A stretch of 64,000 nt of DNA, taken from positions 252,402,001-252,466,000 of the forward strand of contig OZ024742.1 in NCBI GenBank assembly GCA_964016885.1, in the 5' to 3' direction. Shown here piece by piece: positions 52,716 to 64,000 of this stretch (positions are counted from its first letter, which is position 1; every line of letters begins with the position of its first letter). A model generated the notes under the pieces. It saw only the letters and a list, made by a program, of their open reading frames with translations. It was not told the origin of the DNA and did no database searches. This DNA is from Eledone cirrhosa. Lineage: Eukaryota. Both the position numbers and the translations under genes were made by a program.

Positions 52716-55446
52716 ATTTTTTTAATATAAGGAACTGTTTCTTTGTTTATTCATTATTTTATTAATTTATCTTGACTCTGTTTTCCGTTAATTTTCACCG
52801 AAAATAGTTTTTGAATACATCTCTTTTCATGATATCCGGATTACATTGAGTTCTTCATACGGATTGGACACTACCGTAAATTTTTGGTAGATTTATCTAC
52901 ATACTTTGCTCCTATTTTTATGGGGATATTCTTATTTTTGTGAATGTATATGTATGTGTATGTGTATATATATTTATATATATATATATGTGTATAACTT
53001 TATAACTCCATATATAAATAGTTGAGCTCTTTTTCTTGTCCATTATCCATATCACAATGGAAAAACAATACTTGGGAACTTCTTTAAAGAATATACCATT
53101 ACCTTCTAAGGATGATTTCTTACTTCTTATGATACAAAAAACCAACCAATTTATCAGAAGGGTCAGATGGAGGGCCTACCACTTCGATAAAAAAACAAAA
53201 TGTACTGATAAGAAATATTTATATGATTTCACTACATATAAAAATCCACCACACAACTCTTTACTTGAAAACTTTGAGAAAGACCTTTTTAATTTAATCA
53301 AACACCTCAAATTTAAGAGGTATAAATCTAATTTTCAAAAGGACCTTGATTCTACCCTATTGGATCTAAAAAAATCTAAAAAAATCCATGTCCACTCGGA
53401 CAAAACTGAAAATCTGTATCACATGGATATTGAAAATTACAATGAGTTCATATATAAAGAACTCAGGAAAAATTATAGAAAAACAAACAATGCGTCACTT
53501 ACCAACATCAACAACAAAACACACAGCATAGTGAATAGACTTAATATTGAAGATAGAACTGAACCTTTGGCACTGAAAAGACCACATTTCAACCTGAAAG
53601 ATCATAAATCTAACTTTAACTCTAATCCTTCTATAAGGCTTATATGCCCTTCCAAATCTGATATTGGAATCATTAGTAAAAATTTTTTAGATAGAGTCAT
53701 CCCACAACTAAGAAAACATGTTAATTTACCACTCTGGGAACACACATCCCAGATAATTAACTGGTTTAATAATATTAGAAATAAATCCTCTGCTTCATTT
53801 CTACAATTTGATATAAATAATTATTATTCTTCTATATCACCTATACTCCTGAACAAAGCCTTGATATTTTCTAAAAATAGATCTAACTTAACTTTGGATG
53901 ACATTAATATTATTACACATGCTAGACTAACACTATTGGAATTTAAAAATGAATACTGGACCAGAAACACATATAGTAATCTATTTGATATTACTATGGG
54001 TTCAAGCGATTCCGCCCAAATTACTGATCTTGTGGGCCTCTTTCTTCTTTTTAACATAAATGCTTCCTTTCCCCACCTTAAAGGTGGTTTATATCGTGAC
54101 GACTGTCTTCTCTCCAATAACCTTAGCCTTTCAGAGATAGAAAAAAATAAAAAGCTTATTAGAACTTTCCTTAAAGACTATTATAGTCTAGATATTACAT
54201 TTGAAAACACAAGTAAAGTAGTTAATTTCCTTGATATAATATTAGACTTATCTACGGGTATCTACCAACCTTACCATAAACCTAACCAAAATTTACACTA
54301 CATACACTCACAATCTAATCACCCTAAATCTATCCTTAAAAACCTTGCATATAATATATCACTTAGAATTTCTAACCTTTCGTCTAACCAGGATGTATTT
54401 GATAAAAATGCGACCTTTTATAACGAGCTCTAGCTAGAAGTGGCCACAAAAATAAATTAGTATATATACCTTGTACCAATAACACTACAAACATACAACC
54501 TAATATTACCAACAAACACCAAATGAAACATACACACCTAAATGCCACTCACACTATACCCCAAAATACCAACATAAAACCAAATTTCTCTAACTCTTCT
54601 AATATACAATATAGTAACTCTAAAAAAACTACTCATCCTACAACTCTAATAAATGTTAATAATAAAACTCCTAATAAACAAGCTAAAACACCTAAATCAA
54701 TAAATCTAACTAAAACTGTGTGTGGTGAAGTCATTAACAATAATTCTCTTAATAAACATCAGGATACATCCTATAAAAACAATAAACAACATCGAAACCG
54801 TAATAGACGAGTTACTTGGTATAATGCTCCATTTAATTTACAAATTAAGGATAATATACCTAAAAAATTCTTTAATATCCTAGAGAAGAACTTCCCGCCA
54901 AACCACAAATACCATCAAATTTTAAATAGATCAACGGTTAAATTCTCCTACTCAACAACCAAAAACATAAAACAAAATATAAGTGCCTACAATGCATATA
55001 AATGTAAAAAAAACCATGAGTATACCACCAGTACATCAAACTAACCATAATATCTCCTCAGATACAGGATTCACGAAAAGTTGTAACTGTAGAAACAAGG
55101 CAAACTGCCCATTAAAAGGAAATTGCCTTGTTAATAACATAGTATATAAATGTAAAGTTAACACTAAGGACTCAATTTATTCATATATAGGAGCTACCTC
55201 TAACAAATTTAAGGTAAGATTTAATACCCACAAACATAGTTTTAAAAATGCCGCACTAGCTAATACAACATCTCTAGCTGAAATAATTAATAATTATAGA
55301 AAGAGGAATATAGATTATGAACTGACCTGGAGTGTGCTCAAAAGGGCCACCCCTTATCAAAATAATAGATATGAATGTAGATTATGTTCCCAAGAACTTT
55401 TTGAAATAATGAAATCTAAGGATATCCTATTAAATAAGCGACAGGA

Positions 55447-55725
55447 ATTAATAATTGTTTCTACTTTAGGCACAAGGCCAGCAATTACCCAGTACATTGC
55501 TGGTACTTTATTTTATCGACCCCATCAGGATGAAAGGCAAAGTTAACCTCGGCGGGATTTGAACTCAGACTGTAAAGGGACGTAACTATGGTAGAATTAA
55601 TAATTGTTTCTACTATTGGCACAAGGCCAGAAAATTACCCAGTACATTACTGGTACTTTATTTTATCGACCCCGTAAGGATGAAAGGCAAAGTTAACCTC
55701 GGCGGGATTTGAACTCAGAATGGCA
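55447..55725 (-). mobile_element. Two truncated SINE family 1 copies inserted in the end of the PLE ORF
   Basis: They interrupt ..LLNKRQE|IISCNH at an AATAAT site. Confidence 0.8.
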
Positions 55726-56818
55726 AATAATATCGTGTAATCATTAACTGAGAAAAACCTTTAAATATTATAAACCTAATTAATATACATTTTAGAAATT
55801 AATATATAAACTGTTTTTAATTTAGTTAACCTATAATTAATATTCTACTACTGATGAACTACATAATTTTACTTTCCTTCTTACAACTATCATTTCCTAA
55901 AACTGATACCATTAAGTAAACATATATAATGCTTTAATTTCAGGTTATGACTCTATGTTCCTTGAAATCTCTATATATTTATTATTTCTCACTAATAAAT
56001 TTAACTCCCCCCCCCAATAATTATATGTATGTGTGTGTATGTATATGTGTATGTATATATGTATGTATATATATATGTGTGTGTGTATGTGTGTGTGTGT
56101 GTATGTATATATATATATATATATATTATTTTTATATTCTTTTAATTTCTCCTCATCTTTAACAGCACTCTTCAACTACATCTAACTCTTATTTATCATA
56201 TCTATATGCATTAGTATAATTTTATCAATATAAATATACCCATCAATTAAATTAATTTATATTCTTTTCATAGATGTATTTTTTCACTAACACTCTTATC
56301 GTAAAATTTTAGTCTCCTTAGATATTTGCATTGGCATTACTATTTTATAACAGCAACTGTTTCTATACCTTTTACTGACCTGACCTATTTTCACCCCTAA
56401 AATAACCTTCTCATTCTTCACACTCCATTCAAAACTGAAATCTGCCTTCTTCTACCCCTAAAATAAACTTCAATTACTACTATTTTACCATTTGGCCAAT
56501 TATTAACTTTCTATTGGTTAATTCTAAACCTGTTACTAAACAGACAGACTATATTAGATCTTTGTTGGTTTTATACAATGAACAAATATAATTATTTCTG
56601 AGGTCAGCATACGACCTATTTTCATCCCTAGAATAATCTTTCATTCATAATATTCTTTTCCATCCAAAACTGAAATCTACCTTCCTCTACCCATAAATTA
56701 AGTTCTTTTACTACTATATTACTATCTTGACCTTCACTATCTTTCTATTGGTCAATTCAAAACCTGTTCCCAAACAGACCTATTGTATTAAATCTTTGTT
56801 ATTTTAAATAAACAAATA

Positions 56819-56960
56819 TCATTATTTCTGAAGACAGCATATATATGTGTAGGTATGTATATTCCCTCTGATAGTTTGTATAAATATTTTACATAGATCT
56901 ATAGAATATGCATACCAACACTAACACATATACATCCTAGAAACGATCGTAAAATGATGA
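56819..56960 (+). ncRNA. Hammerhead in the 3' pLTR with a long stem II insert
   Basis: Same motif as 52574-52715. Confidence 0.75.
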
Positions 56961-57045
56961 ATTTTTTTAATATAAGGAACTGTTTCTTTGTTTATTCATT
57001 ATTTTATTAATTTATATATATATTTATATATATATATACATTTAC

Positions 57046-57079
<34 letters not shown>

Positions 57080-57080
57080 T

Positions 57081-57127
<47 letters not shown>

Positions 57128-57337
57128 TTACATATATATATATATATACATTTACATATATATATATATATATATACATTTACATATATATATATATACA
57201 TTTATATATATATATATATACATTTACATATATATATATACATTTATATATATATATATACATTTATATATATATATACATTTATATATATATATTTATA
57301 CATTTATATATATATTTATATATATATATATATATAC

Positions 57338-57397
<60 letters not shown>

Positions 57398-57513
57398 TTA
57401 TATATATATATATATACATTTATATATATATATACATTTATATATATATATATATGTATATATATACATTTATATATATATATACATTTATATATATATA
57501 TATATATATATAA

Positions 57514-57565
<52 letters not shown>

Positions 57566-57597
57566 GTATATATATACATATATATATATATATATAA

Positions 57598-57662
<65 letters not shown>

Positions 57663-57663
57663 C

Positions 57664-57729
<66 letters not shown>

Positions 57730-57885
57730 TTATATAAATATATATACATTTATATATATATATATACATTTATATAAATATATATACATTTATATATATA
57801 TATATATATTTATAAGGAAAAAAGATGAAATCGAAAATGCAACTGGAGTCTTATTTAAAAAAAAAACATATATTTTTATTTGGTT

Positions 57886-60640
57886 CCTTTACCGGTTTCG
57901 CAGTTCTTCTGCTTTTCAAAAGTAGAGTTGAGATGGAGGGTCTGTGGTTGGTCTTTAAATGTTATTTGTTTTATATGGAAAAAAGTGGCTCGAAACGCCA
58001 GGTTTTTAGAGAAGTAATTTGATTGGTTGGTGAATAAGTATAATAAATTTCGTGCAAGTTCGCGTTCCAAAGTTCTTCAAACAAAGGGCGGGGGGGGGGG
58101 GGGGGCTCAGGTTGTTTTTTCATATATGAGTAAAGTTTGGTTGGTTGATGCAGTCGCGTGAATAAGCACATCAGCTTTCGCGCCAGTTTGTTTGAATTTC
58201 TTTTTACTTTAAAAAAAGTGGCCCACGAAGGCTTTTTTTTTTATAAAATGTAATTTGATTGGTTATAAATGAAATTATGACTGTCACGTGAACAAGTTCA
58301 TTAAATTTCGCGCCCGTATTTGGGAATTTATTTTGTAGCCTTTTAGAGAATTTTATGACAAACAAAAGATAATGGTCAAGAGAAATGGGATGGGGAGAAT
58401 TGTTCTGGTTCAGTGAATATGGCTGGTTCGCTGGGGTGTCAGAATTCAGACTTTCTATTGAAATAAAGAAAGTAGAGATATGTATGTTTATTTGTGTGCT
58501 TGTGTGTGTGTATGTGTGTGTGTATAGGAAGATGATTCTATTAGTAGAAATGGGGGAGGGAGTTGTGTGTGTGTATGGGTGTTATGTGTGTGAGTGTGTG
58601 TGGGAGTATGTTAAGATGGGGAGAATATATATATTTTGTGTGTGTGTATGTGTGTAGGAAAGTGATTCTATTAGTAGAAATGGGGGAGGGAGTTGTGTGT
58701 GTAGGAAAATGATTCCGTTAGTAGAAATATTTTTGAATAAACATATTTTCCTTATTTATTCGTATTTGTTCTGTTGTATTGTCAGCGCAAACGTATGTTA
58801 AGGTTTATTTAGTTCGGGTTTTTATTTTCTACAGTAGAAGGTGTTATGTGTGTGTGTATGTGTCTGTTTGGATGGTTAGCATGTTATGGTGTTGACATAA
58901 TGTATATTAAACTATATTTAATGCTGGTCTATATTTTTGAATAAACATATTTTCCTTATTTATTCGTATTTGTTCTGTTGTATTGTCAGCGCAAAGGAAA
59001 AATGGGAAGACTTGGAATTTGGGTGTCTTATTACTTGCGCATATGTCTAGATGTGCACTTAGTGGTATCTGTCTCGTGGTTGGATCTCGTAATTGTTGGC
59101 CATGAACTGTCATTCTGTTTCTGAGTGTGAGTTTAGTTTGTCCTATATAATCTTCATTGCATCCTTTACATTTAATGGCATAAACTAGATTTTTTGATGA
59201 GCAAGTGAAGTGATTTTTTACAGCAAAATTTTGTTCTGATTGAAATGTATACGTGTTGCCTTCAACGAGGTGAGTGCATGTTCCACAATTAGAGCGACCA
59301 CATTTTTTGACAGTTGGTTGTGGGTTTGTGGTAGGTAATTTGGCATTGGTGTGTAATGTTTTTAGTGATTTCGGTTGTCTTTTGCTTTTGATTATTTTGT
59401 GTGTTTCAAGGGATTTTTTCATTCTTGAGTCTTGTTTCAATAGTGGGATGTTCTTGTGAATAGTGTTGTAAGCTTCCGCATTTTTGGGGTTGTGTGTTGA
59501 GATATATGATAGAATATTGGACGTACCTTGAATTTGTTTCTGTTTTCGTAATTCATCAATGCCTATTGCTTTAGCCCTTTCTATTCCATTATTTATTAGT
59601 AATGGTGGGTACTGTCTTTCGAGTAGAATTTCCTTTAATTCTTGAAGTCTTTTATTTCGCGTTTCATAATTGGAGACAATTGCTAGGTTAAAAGGAATGT
59701 TCGTCTTCGTGTGTTTTGGATGGTTGGAAGTGAATAGCAGGTATTGTTTGGAATCTGTTGGTTTGTAGTGTATGTCAGTTTCAATATTTGTGTCTTTTTT
59801 TAAGATTAAGATGTCCAGAAATGGGAGTTGATCTTGGCAGTATTCCATTGTGAATTGGATGTGGTTATTGATGCCGTTAATTAAATTTTTGAAATCATTC
59901 AGTTGGTCGAGTGTGTGGGACCAAAGAATGAGACAATCATCCAAGTAGCGTTTCCAATTCTCTGATAAATATTTGTGGAAGTTCAATCCGTATTTTGATT
60001 TGGACTGTTCATATATCTGGACTTCTAAGTATGCCATGACTAAGTTGGCATAAGTTGGAGCGGCTTTTATACCCATCCATCGCAGTCCCCGATATTTGCG
60101 TGTAAGTACTGCCATCGAAATCAAAAAAGTTGTTATGTAAGATAAATTATAATCCCTCGGTGATGAAGCTTTTTTTCTATTCTGCCAGGTATCTCATTGG
60201 GATATTTCTCTAGCCAGAATCCTATTGCTTCTAGTCCGTATTGGTGTGGGATCGTTGTGTGGAGATTCACTACATCGAGAGACACAATAATAGTGTCGTT
60301 GTTGACATGTTTGGGGAGGTGGTTTAAGAGGTCCAGATCGTCTCTTACAAGGCTTGGTATGTGTTTGAGAATTGGTTTTAGTAGTATGTCTATAAAGTTG
60401 CTCAGTCTGTGTTTCACATTGTGGGCCCGCTACAATTGGTCTTAATTTAAGGTCTGTGTGTTCACGCAGGCAGAGGTGGATTATTTACAGGCATCGTTAA
60501 TTATTTTACACTTGTGGATATTCGGAAGTCCGTATATATGTGTGTGTGTAGTATTTCCGTAGAAATGATGAATGGGTTGGACGTTTCTGTAAGGATCATC
60601 AAGTTTCTTGAAACCTTTGGTAATGGAATAATTATATTGT
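57886..60640 (-). mobile_element. Penelope-like element (Neptune-like), degenerate
   Basis: ORF 58907-60124: MG..APTYAN, WKRYLDD, LPFLD, linker C-x4-C-x2-C, LVYAIKC..C..YIGQT. Upstream RT piece at 60133-60417. Degenerate hammerhead near 57886-57923. Confidence 0.85.
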
Positions 60641-60659
60641 GGCGTTTATTAAGTAATCA

Positions 60660-60729
<70 letters not shown>

Positions 60730-60996
60730 TTATTTTGTGAAGTTATGTACATTGTTAAATCTACTGGTGAAGTCCGGGACTCTATCAAGTAACTTACTGG
60801 ATATCGACTGGTAAAAGTCCACAATATCAAATTGGGTGAATCTGGCTCTATCCATATGCTTAAGGGAGTTAAACCAATATAGTACTGCATGGCTATTTTC
60901 TTATTGGCTTAGTTTACACTGTTTTTTAATATTCCTATTCAAATTTCTAAATAGGTTTTTACTAATAAGTCCTAATTCTGTCTTGGTGAGGTTAAC

Positions 60997-61180
60997 GAGT
61001 CGGATTGGCAGTATCGGTAGAGAATCGGACGCCATGCTTTCCAGCATAGTTATGTCCCTTTACGGTCTGAGTTCAAATCCCGCCGAGGTTCACTTTGCCT
61101 TTGATCCTTACGGGGTCGATAAAATAGAGTACCAGTAATGTACTGGGTAATTTCTGGCCTTGTGCCAAAAGTAGAAACAG
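60997..61180 (+). mobile_element. SINE family 1 copy
   Basis: Match to 35372-35575. Confidence 0.8.
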
Positions 61181-61680
61181 TTAATGAGTCTACATGTCGG
61201 GTTAGTCATAAAGTCATCCTTAAGTGTTACATAAGCCTCCTTCTTCACTAGGCATTCAAATCTATTTTCTACTCTCATCGTTGATTGAGTTATATGTGGC
61301 AGGGTCAGCTTTTTATATTTGGATTGTATTAGCTTATCTGGTAATTGGCTGTGGATGGCAGGATCAAGATCATAGAGGTTATTTGTTTTATCCAATAGGA
61401 TGAAACACTTATTGGAGGATTAAATATTTTTTAGGTCTCTATTTAATTTGTTTTGGAAAGAGGTAGACTGTTTGTGGAAGGTGATGCTTAATACTAAATT
61501 AATAAAATCAGATATGAAAGATGCGAGTCCATTTACCTTTGGTGGATATTGAGTAGATTTCAGGTTAAAAGTATTCACTGTGCCAGATATTTTTTCTTCA
61601 TATGCCATCAAAAATGTTTAACCACATCTTTGACTTTCTGCAGGAGGATTTTCAAATAATCCTATTAGAAGAGGGAGGAA
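61181..61680 (-). mobile_element. Degenerate N-terminal fragment of a Naiad-like PLE
   Basis: DKTNNLY and AYVTLKD..F..NPTCRLIN resemble the ORF at 53036-54433. Confidence 0.65.
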
Positions 61681-61690
61681 AGTTCTTTAA

Positions 61691-61911
61691 CCCATTAACA
61701 TTTAAACTGGCCATATCCAGCCAGAATTCACTCACCTCTTTCTGTTCAAACCGGCTGTAACCGGCCACTCATACTGATGTTAAGGTATTGTTCTCAAAAT
61801 AAATAATACAAAAATCTCATAAATTCAATATTATGTGAGATAATTATGTCAAGTTGTGCCTTTACCATGAAAATATAATAGTAAATATAGAGTAATGTAA
61901 ATGCGAAAGGG
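61691..61911. mobile_element. piggyBac-like MITE
   Basis: TTAA-flanked CCC...GGG termini. Matches 27495-27715. Confidence 0.75.
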
Positions 61912-62299
61912 TTAATGAGTAATCAATTTCCTGGACGTTCATTATTGGCGGTTAGGGGATCATTAATGAGTGAACTTGGATAAGAGAGTGCTCAACTGGG
62001 TCAAATTATTACCTATTTTCCATGTTGTTGAAGAATCTGCAGTACACGTTCCAGGAGACAAATATTGTGGCAATAGTTTGGTAAAGATATCCAAGATATA
62101 TAAGTTTGTAGGATGAATTTTAATATAATTATTAAGGCCAATTACTAAAATGACACCATACCAGGAATGTACGTTTTGTTGGACTGGTGGACCAACTTGT
62201 TCAACCTGTGCTGATGGAAATGAACTGAAAAATGTTTACTTAAAAAAGAAAGTAATAAGAAAATAAGGAGAGTACTAACAGGGGAGGTAATAAGATTGT

Positions 62300-62332
<33 letters not shown>

Positions 62333-62399
62333 CCGCCCTTTATCCTCCGACCCCACTCCTGGATATCAACAATTCGTGTCCTCCACCATCCACGAGCTC

Positions 62400-64000
62400 A
62401 TCTCCTCTCTCCTACCCACCACAGTTACCAACCCTATTGTACGCACCCCTCGCACACCCACCATCTACTTCCTCCCCAAAATATACAAATAAAATAATTC
62501 CGGCCGTCCTATCGTTTCTGCGTGCAACTGCCCCACCGAGATAATTCTGAATATTTAGACACCATCCTCGCCCTGTTGGTCGGTAATCTCCCCTCCCACA
62601 TTCACGATACCAATCATGCCCTTAGACTCTTCAAATCCTTCTCCTTCCCCCCTGGTCTCTCTTGCCTTCTCTTTATCGTCCACATCACCTCTCTCTATAC
62701 CGTCATCCCTCATGATGACGGCCTCCGTGCTCTCCAGCATTTTTTAGACTTACGCCCTACCCCTTACCCCAGCACTACCACTCCTTTCCGTCTGGCTGAG
62801 CTTGTTCTCACCCTCAATGGCTTTTCTTTTTCTGGTGAAATCTATCAGCAGGTCTCTGGGGTAGCGATGGGAACCAGAATGGGTCCAAACTATGCCAACC
62901 TGTTTGTTGACTATGTCGAAGCCCAGATCTTCTCCCAGTACGCTGGACCGACTCCTGAGCTATACGGTCGTTATATCGACGTCTGTATCAGTGCCACCAC
63001 TCTATTACGAGAACAGCTCAACTGCTTTCTTTCTTTTGTCCTATCTTTCCACCCTACTCTCACTTTCACCGCCTCCATCTCTGATTCTTCTGTTGCTTTT
63101 CTAGATATCTCTCTATCTATTAATCACTCTCACCACACCCTCTCTACTTCCATCTTCATTAAACCAACAGACTCCCACTCTTACTGCGACTTCACCTCCT
63201 CCCACACCAAACACTCCATACTCTATTCCCAATTCCTCCATCTTCGTCGACTCTGTAGCCAGGACAACGATTTCGAAACCCATTCCCTTCGCATGGCTTC
63301 CTGCTTCCTCCAGCGTGGATATCCCCCCACCCTGATCCAAGCTGCTCTAACCCGCGCCCATGAAACTGACCCTACAACATCCCTCTCACCTCACCCCCTC
63401 CCTCCCAACACCCGCGTTCCTTTCCCTCTCACCTGCCACCCCATCACCCTACCGCTCCGGCGATATATCCTCTGTTCCTTCTGCATCCTCTCTTCTGAGC
63501 CTGTCACTTCTAGCTTTTTTTCTAAACTCACCCATTACTGTTTTTAAGCGCGCCTGCAACCTCCATGACTTTCTGGTTTGCAGTTCCTTTTCGTCCTCTC
63601 CTACGACTCCACCCGGCTCTCATCCTTGTTCTTGTTCCTGCTGCAACACTTGTCCCTTCATTTCCACCCTCATCACTCTTACAGGCCCTAACGGGTCTTT
63701 CCGTATCTGCCACTCTTTCACCTGCACATCCACTCACATTGTCTATGCCCTCCAGTGTTCCCTTTGCGGGTCTTTATACATCGGACAAACTGGACGCCGT
63801 ATGGTGGACCGATTTGCTGGGCATTTGAGAGACATACGTCTCGGTTTGGATATTCCTGTCACCCATCATTTCTGTTCCCTACATGTTTCAGTCCTGGGTG
63901 TCCATTTACATCATGGATCACAGGCCTCACACACCAGGACTGAACAAAGTCTGATTCACCGCCTTGGGTCCTATTCTACTCTTGGACTCAACTCACCTCC
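62400..64000 (+). mobile_element. Degenerate Penelope-like element (Neptune-like), runs off the window
   Basis: ORF 62522-63547 (GVAMGTRMGPNYANLF, RYID, FLD). Downstream GIY-YIG remnant IVYALQC..C..LYIGQTGR. Confidence 0.85.

Larger units (their letters stand above)
52432..57015 (+). mobile_element. Near-complete Penelope-like element (Naiad-like) with direct pseudo-LTRs
   Basis: ORF remnants ~53057-55745: RT (LQFDINNYY, TMGS, GLYRDD) and GIY-YIG (SCNCRNKANC, IVYKC, YIG, CRLC). ~335-bp direct repeats at 52435-52770 and 56680-57015, each containing a hammerhead. Confidence 0.88.

Noticed and set aside
53036-55745. Selenocysteine-encoding Naiad (TGA at Cys positions plus SECIS)
   Set aside because: The endonuclease Cys positions are ordinary TGT/TGC codons here and in the 47-kb element. 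The ORF breaks are frameshifts.

Overview
AT-rich eukaryotic DNA made almost entirely of mobile elements and microsatellites. The SINE families and repeat style suggest an octopus/cephalopod genome (inference). No intact host gene is evident. Contents: (i) two near-identical full-length Tx1/L1-clade LINEs in divergent orientation (6572-12504 minus, 29447-35311 plus), both embedded in (ATT)n and carrying different inactivating lesions, plus a 5'-truncated sister Tx1 family in a TC/TA microsatellite; (ii) about six Penelope-like elements (Naiad- and Neptune-like), one with direct pseudo-LTRs; (iii) about 11 hammerhead-ribozyme motifs (6 with an intact CUGAnGA core), including a non-coding HHR-439 nt-HHR retrozyme-like unit and a pLTR hammerhead with a ~105-nt stem II; (iv) two tRNA-derived SINE families, one sharing its tail with an RTE LINE in the window; (v) Helitron 3' ends, piggyBac/hAT MITEs and a mariner remnant; (vi) a 4.6-kb 34-bp satellite, a 622-bp tandem repeat and large palindromes; (vii) an isolated, apparently intronless and decaying ILK ankyrin fragment. 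All calls were made by eye without database searches.
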